Shown here: positions 1 through 5,657 of the stretch, piece by piece | Position numbering within the stretch: the first letter of the stretch is position 1 | How the letters are laid out: every line of letters begins with the position of its first letter | Source of the DNA: Paecilomyces variotii | Taxonomy: Eukaryota | Assembly: GCA_004022145.1 (NCBI GenBank) | Contig: RCNU01000069.1 | Strand: one strand, 5' to 3' | DNA length: 5,657 nt | The notes under the pieces: generated by a model | The model's database searches: none | What the model was told of the DNA's origin: nothing | Seen by the model: only the letters and a program-made list of their open reading frames with translations | Made by a program: the position numbers and the translations under genes

Positions 1-947
1 TTTCTAGCTAGAAGTAAATCCTAAAGATATTCTAGCTTATATATTTATATTAGTATTAGGTATATTATTATTAGGCCTTCCTATATACTGTATATTATAT
101 AGTTTTAACTTTTTAAACTCTTTTATTAACTAATTAATCTATAACTACTCTATTAACTTTATTTTAATACTTTATTATTTAGTCCTATTCTTATTCTTAT
201 TTAGATAGATTCTATTAAGTTTAATAAGAAGTTATATATTGTCTTCTTTAGTTATCTTCTCCTTTATTAAAGCTATTATATCTTAATCTTTTTTTAGTTC
301 TCTGCTATTAAAATAGTAAAGGATTTTAGTTATTTTTATTTTATCTACTATTTTTTTATAGAAATTAATATATTTAATAGTAGATAGAATATAATAATCT
401 ATATTTAACTCTTAAATTATCTGCTGTTTAAATTCCTTTAAAAGTCTTTAAAGATACTAAACTTCTTATAAATATTAGCTTAACTTATCTAAAGTTATTA
501 GTATCTCTAATATAGCTTAATATTCTTAATTATACTCTCTTAGGTTCTTTAAGCTATTATATTTTATATTTTTAAACCTTTCTAGCTATTATATATTATA
601 TTTCCTTTAATACTTATTATAGTAAATATATTTTTATTTAATTACTTCTACTAGTTTTAGGTAATTTTTTTTTTATATTTAGATTAAGTACTTATTTATA
701 ATAATATTAATAGGCTATAATAGTCTATAAATTATTTAGTTTTTTCTTCTTCTAAGAGTTAATTCGCCTTATATAGCTTTTTAAAAACTCTTAGATAATA
801 AGTAATATTATTTCTTTTAAAATAAGATACTCTAAGATTTTTAAGTATTAGTATCTATAGAGCTAATATAACCTAGATTAATTATATTATTAGTAGTCCT
901 ATATTTTTAAATACCTAAGCTATTTATATCTCTAGACCTAGTAATAT
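1..947 (-). pseudogene. gag: RIP-degenerate gag ORF of a fungal Ty3/Gypsy-type LTR retrotransposon (runs off the left edge)
   Basis: The minus-strand frame at 839-801 reads AAT CTT AGA GTA TCT TAT TTT AAA AGA AAT AAT ATT ACT, which de-RIPs by transitions only to DPGAPYFEGNNIT. It is followed by ...EEEKTKRFVDYC. One frameshift lies at the T10 run 665-674, then a single frame continues to position 1. That frame includes WYLQGLP (459-439: TAG TAT CTT TAA AGA CTT TTA) and IDQLVKEFEKLKL (138-100). The motif order matches my recollection of fungal Gypsy gag proteins (PGAPxFxGxNVT...YC...wFLqGLP). The start position is approximate. Confidence 0.7.
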
Positions 948-972
948 TAAGAAGCTAAGAGTTTTTTTATTT

Positions 973-984
973 TAACTGACGCCA
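973..984 (-). promoter_or_regulatory. Candidate tRNA primer-binding site upstream of gag
   Basis: The minus strand reads ...TCTTTT-TGGCGTCAGTT about 40 nt upstream of the gag relic. The plus strand ACTGACGCCA resembles a tRNA 3' end (..GACG-CCA). The match is short and no clear LTR 3' CA is adjacent. Confidence 0.3.
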
Positions 985-1407
985 AAAAGATTAGTGCTTT
1001 TTTTTATATTTTTTTAAAAAAATAGTAATAAAGATAATAATAAGAAGTTCTTCTACTTTTTAATAAATAATTCTTATTTAATAATTTCTTATTTCTTTTA
1101 AATTTTTATTTCCCTTTTATATCTGCTAAGCTCTTCTTTATATTTAATAATTTTTCCTTTTTCTTATTATTAATATATATTTTTGCCCTATATTATTTTT
1201 ACTGTCTTTACTAATCTAAGAGATATATTTATCTTTTTTTATTTATAGTAGTAATCTTTTTTAGCTATTTTATTTATCTTTTTATTATTTTTTATTTCTT
1301 TTTTTAGTTTTAGCCTTAATCTTAGTTTTTAATTTTTTTTTCTCCCTTATTTCTGCTTAATATTTTAATATCCCCTATATTTAGCTCTATTTTATTTTGG
1401 GAAGATA

Positions 1408-1719
1408 TATTAAGACTTAATATAAAGTCTTTAAGCGAGTAGGTATTAAAAAGAAGAGAAGGGTATTTAACTTTAAAGCTTAAAGTAAAGTTAGAAAAGA
1501 AATTCTAGCTGTAAATTAATATAATAAACTAATAATAATCTAATACTAAACTAATACTAAATAATAATAGAAAGATAAAGCTAATTATTTTATTCTGAAT
1601 AATTAAAAGGTATCTCTTGCCTCTTCTACTACTTTGCTTATAGACTTTTTAAAGACTTTAAGCAGAAGCATATAACCTCTTAACTAATTATATTCTTTAC
1701 GCTAATCTTTCTTACTACA
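1408..1719 (+). repeat. LTR-A copy 1 (~312 bp), preceded by a purine tract (1399-1407)
   Basis: Starts TATTAAGAC (TGT.. before RIP) and ends ..CTTACTACA. 1407-1435 is identical to 2441-2469 (29 nt). Similarity continues to ~1580 vs ~2615, resumes ungapped at ~1669-1719 vs ~2697-2747, and stops at the ACA. Preceded by GGGAAGATA (PPT-like). Confidence 0.75.
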
Positions 1720-1877
1720 CTATATATAAGATCTATATTAAGAAAAATTAAATTAATATAAAATATATTAAGACTAAAGATAAAATAATTAATAAATTTA
1801 TTAAACTACTTCTAAAGATAAATTTTATTAGATTTATTAAATAATTAAGACTTATTAAAATAATAAGTCTAGACTAA
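1720..1877 (+). pseudogene. pol: Ty1/Copia pol C-terminus (RNase H) relic
   Basis: The frame from 1752 reads ATT AAT ATA AAA TAT ATT AAG ACT AAA GAT AAA ATA ATT AAT AAA TTT ATT AAA CTA CTT. It de-RIPs to IDVKYIKTEDE(I/V)ADGFTKPL and continues ...F.RFVKQLGL. It is preceded, with a 1-nt shift, by (H)YIRDL. The ADxxTKPL motif is the Copia RNase H hallmark. The stop at 1875-1877 overlaps the PPT. Confidence 0.8.
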
Positions 1878-1884
1878 GAAGAAG
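1875..1884 (+). promoter_or_regulatory. Copia polypurine tract
   Basis: TAAGAAGAAG|TATT is the G>A-mutated form of the typical Copia junction TGAGGGGGAG|TGTT. It sits exactly at the end of the RNase H frame. Confidence 0.7.
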
Positions 1885-2200
1885 TATTATAATATAGTAG
1901 TTAAGACTAGTAATTTATAAAGAGAATATATAAAAAAATCCCTTATAAAAAAGTTTAAAATAATTATATATATAATTATAAAAAATAATTAGCTTAATAA
2001 GAGAGTTTTTATATTAAATATATTAGCTTAAGAGAAGAACTTAATTAACTTAATATAATTAACTAACTATAGTATAAAGATATATTAATATTAGTTTTAC
2101 CCCTTATATTTTATTCTTACTTTAAATTATATTTTCCTTTAAAGCTAGTATAAAAGTCGTTTTTATTCTCTATTTTTTTTTAACTATAAATAATATAATA
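1885..2200 (+). repeat. LTR-B, 3' LTR of a Copia element (~316 bp)
   Basis: Begins TATTATA right after the PPT and ends TATAATA (2194-2200), a 7-bp terminal inverted repeat consistent with TGTTATA...TATAACA. A different coding relic starts immediately after 2200. There is no second copy in the window, so the right boundary is inferred. Confidence 0.6.
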
Positions 2201-2202
2201 TC

Positions 2203-2421
2203 TTAGCTTTAGCTTTATAGCTTATATAAGCTTATAAAGTTAAAATCTCTTATACTTATAAATAAGTAATTAAATCTCTATAAGCTAATAATTAGTAATA
2301 AGCTATAAAGACTTAAATATAGAAGCTTAAAGCTAAGTAAACTTAGTTATTAATCCTCTATTTAAATAATAAGAATATTAAAATTCTCCTGGGAAAATAA
2401 GTATATAATATTAAGACTAAT
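2203..2421 (+). pseudogene. pol: Ty1/Copia pol fragment: integrase-RT linker and start of the reverse transcriptase (RVT_2-type)
   Basis: One frame from 2242 reads KISYTYK*VIKSL*ANN***AIKT*I*KLKAK*T*LLILYLNNKNIKILLGK*VYNIKTN. It de-RIPs to EIPxTYEQAIESPQADNWQQAMKTQIQKLEAKQTWxLVPxPNDKDVKILPGKWVYDIKTD. This matches the Copia pattern PxTyxEA..W..AM..E...L....TW.LV..P....l..KWVy.iK, with Q where E is usual. The following YKARLV-type motif is missing. Confidence 0.85.
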
Positions 2422-2441
2422 ATTAATATTGCAGGAAGAGA

Positions 2442-2747
2442 TATTAAGACTTAATATAAAGTCTTTAAGTATAAGGATATAGAGAAAAGAGAGAGAAGTA
2501 CTTATTTTTAAAGTTTAAAGTAAAACTAGAGAAAAAGCTTTAATAGTAAGATAATATAATAAACTAATTTCTTTCTAATATTAAACTAATACTAAATAAT
2601 AGCTAAAAGAGAAAACCTTTTATTTTATTTTTACTTATTTAATTCTTTCTTTTATTATTTTATTAAAAGAATATAAATTATTTCTTTTAATAATAATATA
2701 TAACTACTAAGCTAATTATATTCTCTCTATTAATTCTTTTTATTATA
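2442..2747 (+). repeat. LTR-A copy 2 (~306 bp), preceded by a purine tract (2433-2441)
   Basis: Diverged direct repeat of 1408-1719. Starts TATTAAGAC and ends ..TTTATTATA, which aligns to CTTACTACA of copy 1. Preceded by AGGAAGAGA. Confidence 0.72.
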
Positions 2748-2749
2748 TA

Positions 2750-5460
2750 GCTTTCTCTTCTTTATATATAAATACTCTTATTTACTCTCTCTTAATATTA
2801 TAATTTATTTAATTTTTTTTATTTATATTATAAATTCCTTTTAAAGAAAGAATATTCTAATATTTTATATATTTTATATTTAGTAACTATTAAGCTTATA
2901 AGCTATTATTATTAGTCTTATAAAAAAAGCTTAATAGCTTACTTATCTTAAGTAAAAATAAAATATAACTTTATTTATATCTTTATAAAGTCCTATAAAG
3001 CTTACTTAAAAAAAGCTTTTTTAATTATTATTATTTTATAAATAAAAAGATTAAAAGAGCTTTTTTTTTCTCTAGTCTCTATATATTCTATTAATTTTTT
3101 TATAATTAAAAGAGTAAATACTAATTATATTAAAGTTTTTTCCTTTTAATATTATTATTCTCTAATTATTAAATATTAGTATTTATCTTTACTTTAAAGT
3201 AATATTACTCTCTTTAAAAGGCTCTTTTATAATAGCCTTATTATATAAAGGTATAAGGCTTTATTTTTATATATCTCTTAGAATTATAATTTTATTTTTT
3301 TTTATTTTATTCTATATATTTTTTCTTATAATAAATTTATAAATAGTAATTTTTCTCTTTAAAGAGAGCTAGTTAAATAAAGTAATATATTATATTTTAT
3401 TTAATAATCTTCTATAAAATATTTTAAAATATATTTTTTATCTCTATAATCTTATTATTTAGTTTTTCCTTATAATATAATATAATCTTTATTTCTTATA
3501 TAAGATATTATAAATTAAGTCTTTCTTTATCTTAAAATATAGAAAAATAAAATTATTCTATAAGCTCTTATTATATAAAATCTTTTTTAAAAGCTAATTT
3601 AAGCGCTATATACTTTTTTTATAAATATAATTAAGTAAAATATTTAAATCTTAGATAAAAGTCTATAATAAGCTTTAAATAAAAGATTAAATATTTTTTT
3701 CCTTTTATAAGAAACTCTATAGCCTTTTTAATTATATTATTATTTATTTTATTAAAAGGCTTTTCTATTTATTTTTCTTTATTTTAAGAATTTAAGTTAA
3801 TAGAGAACCTCTTTATTTTTATAATATTATTAGCTTTTTTTATTTCTATAAAATTAAGTAAGATATAGCTAAAACTTCTTTTATCTTCTTATTCTTTAAG
3901 CTAAATTATTAGAAGTACTTATTTATATTTAATATTATTAAAAGAGTATTAAGATTATTTTTCTAATAATATAATTAATAAGCATTTTATAACTTTAAAG
4001 AAAGTCTTTATTTACTACTTTATTATAACTAATATTATTTTATTTACTATTTTTAAGACTTCTCTAATATCTTTAACTAGTATATTTTTCTTTATCTCTA
4101 TTATTTTAGCTAAAAGGTATATATAAGATTTATAAATCTCTTAAAGCCTTTTTAGTAATAATTAATATAATACTTTCTTTATATCTCTTTTTATTATTAA
4201 CTGCTCGCTAATTTAAGTTTATTTATTTAATTTTTTTATTACTATATTTATAGTTCTTAAAAGATAAATTTATATAAATATTATACTAGAATTATCTCTA
4301 ATATTTATTATATAATAGTAATTTATAAATATTTTTATTACTTTTAATAAATATCTTTAATCTCTTTTTTAATACTTTCTTTTTTATTATATATATACTT
4401 AATATTATTTAAATCTTATTAATATATTTATAATAGAGTTTATTATCCTTAATTTTTCTTTTTTAAAGGCTATTTATAACTTCTTTATAATCTTAATTAA
4501 AAAGCGCTTTTTAAATAATTTTAATATCTTAATCTTATAATTATAACTCTCTTTAGCTTATTTCTCTTTTTCTTATATTTTAATTTTTTTCTTACCTTTT
4601 AGTTTCTTAGGGCTTTTTATTATTTTTTTACCTTTCTTTTTTTTATCTTATTATTTTTTTATTATTAATAGTAAGATTAATTAATAAACTCTCTTTAAAG
4701 TCTTTAATTATTCTCTTTATTTTATACTCTAGAATTTTTTTAAAAAGAAGTTTTCCTTAATTTATATATTAATTAATTAAAGTTTTATTTTTATTATTTT
4801 AAATAAAAACTATTTACTTCTATTTATTATTCTTTTTAATAAATTTCTTACCTTTTTAATATTTATTAATAATAAGTATTTTTCTAGTTATATATTAAGC
4901 TTTCTAATATTTAATAATTTATTTACTTAAGTTTATATTAAATAAATAGCTATTACTCTTTACTCCTTAGTTTATTTTATAATTTCTCTTAATATTATTA
5001 AGGTTTAATAAAATCTTTTAGCTAATATTATTAGCTAGCTAATTATTTACTTTCTTTATATTTTTATTATTAGTAAGTAATCTTTCTCTATATAGTTTCT
5101 ATTATCTTTTATTTTTTTTATTAACTTTTTTAATTCTCTAATAGCTTTTTTTTACTTTTATTTTTTTTAAAAGTTTTTATTATATTAAAAACTTATAATA
5201 ATTTATAGTAGCCTTATTTTATTTAATTTAAAACTTTATAATAATAGCTATTACTTCTATTATAAATTTAACCTTTTTTAACTTATCTTTAATTATAATA
5301 ATTGCTTTTTTATAAGATTATAAATTTTACTTATTATTATATAAATATTTATTTTAAATTTTAATAACTATTCTTATAAAATAATATTTTAAACTTAAAG
5401 AGTATTTTTTTATTTTAAATTAATATAAGTATATAATAATTCTAGTTTTAATAATTTTTT
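2750..5460 (-). pseudogene. Long RIP-destroyed ORF of unrecognised family (probably transposon-borne)
   Basis: The minus strand is purine-rich. From ~5160 to ~3300 one frame (codons starting at positions divisible by 3) places surviving G mostly at codon position 1 (GAA, GAG, GAT, GCT, GTA), and its stops are TAA/TAG. Example at 4140-4021: EIYKSYIYLLAKIIEIKKNILVKDIREVLKIVNKIILVII. Apparent frame changes lie near T-runs 3295-3303 and 3061-3069. The frame plausibly extends to ~5460. Both ends are approximate. Confidence 0.55.
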
Positions 5461-5657
5461 TAATATAGAAAAAAGAATATAGAAAGATTAATTTTAAATT
5501 TTTAAAAAATATTTATAAGTAAAAAAGTAAGATTTTTAATATAAAATAAGGTTTCTTTATTATTATTTTTATATTCTTTATTTAATATCTTCTATCTTTA
5601 ATAATTAAAAGAGTTTAGCCTTACTCTTTTAATATATTATATATACTCTTTTACTTA

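Larger units (their letters stand above)
1..5657. other. Heavily RIP-mutated, AT-rich transposon-relic region (fungal)
   Basis: Seen: about 26 CA/TG dinucleotides by hand count over 5657 nt, very few CG, and abundant TA. Stops in the relic reading frames are TAA/TAG, often where CAA/CAG/TGG fit known motifs. Known: RIP converts C>T on both strands of repeats, mainly at CpA, in ascomycetes. Confidence 0.93.

Noticed and set aside
1112..1121. TATA box TATAAAAGGG on the minus strand
   Set aside because: TATA-like words are ubiquitous by chance in RIP-mutated, TA-rich DNA, so this has no discriminating value.
1520..1570. Short tandem-like repeats (CTAATACTAAA twice; TAATAA runs)
   Set aside because: Low-complexity sequence inside LTR-A, likely homogenised by RIP. 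It is not an independent feature.
2203..2240. Repeated AGCTT units (TTAGCTTTAGCTTTATAGCTTATATAAGCTT) as a regulatory array
   Set aside because: They fall in frame within the Copia linker (LALAL...). AGCT is enriched throughout the window as a RIP-resistant word.
1407..2469. The 29-nt palindromic direct repeat as a CRISPR repeat
   Set aside because: There are only two copies about 1 kb apart, embedded in ~310-bp homologous LTR-like repeats, with no spacer periodicity.
4015..4140. Stop-free minus-strand stretch as an intact small CDS
   Set aside because: It has no ATG, and its Ile/Lys/Leu/Tyr composition reflects RIP. It is part of the larger degenerate frame.
1..5657. Mitochondrial, apicoplast or endosymbiont AT-rich coding DNA, or a genetic code reading TAA/TAG as Gln
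   Set aside because: The specific loss of CA/TG and CG, the near absence of ATG, TGG and CAN codons, and the recoverable LTR-retrotransposon motifs are explained by RIP. TAA/TAG also stand at conserved Trp positions, which a Gln reassignment would not explain.

Overview
The window is extremely AT-rich (roughly 85% by eye). CpA/TpG is almost absent (about 26 by hand count in 5.7 kb), CpG is rare and TpA is in large excess. This is the signature of fungal Repeat-Induced Point mutation (RIP), so the window is most likely ascomycete repeat DNA. I see no intact gene, RNA gene or CRISPR array. Mentally reversing C>T/G>A changes shows a patchwork of dead retroelement pieces. From left to right: a minus-strand Ty3/Gypsy-type gag relic (~947 to 1); a plus-strand nest (~1399-2747) of PPT+LTR-A1, a Ty1/Copia RNase H end with PPT and LTR-B, a Copia RT N-terminus, and PPT+LTR-A2; and a long (~2.7 kb) RIP-destroyed minus-strand reading frame whose family I cannot recognise. 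All protein assignments are by-eye de-RIP reconstructions, not database hits. I see no convincing evidence for a novel functional system. The unidentified relic ORF is the most open question.
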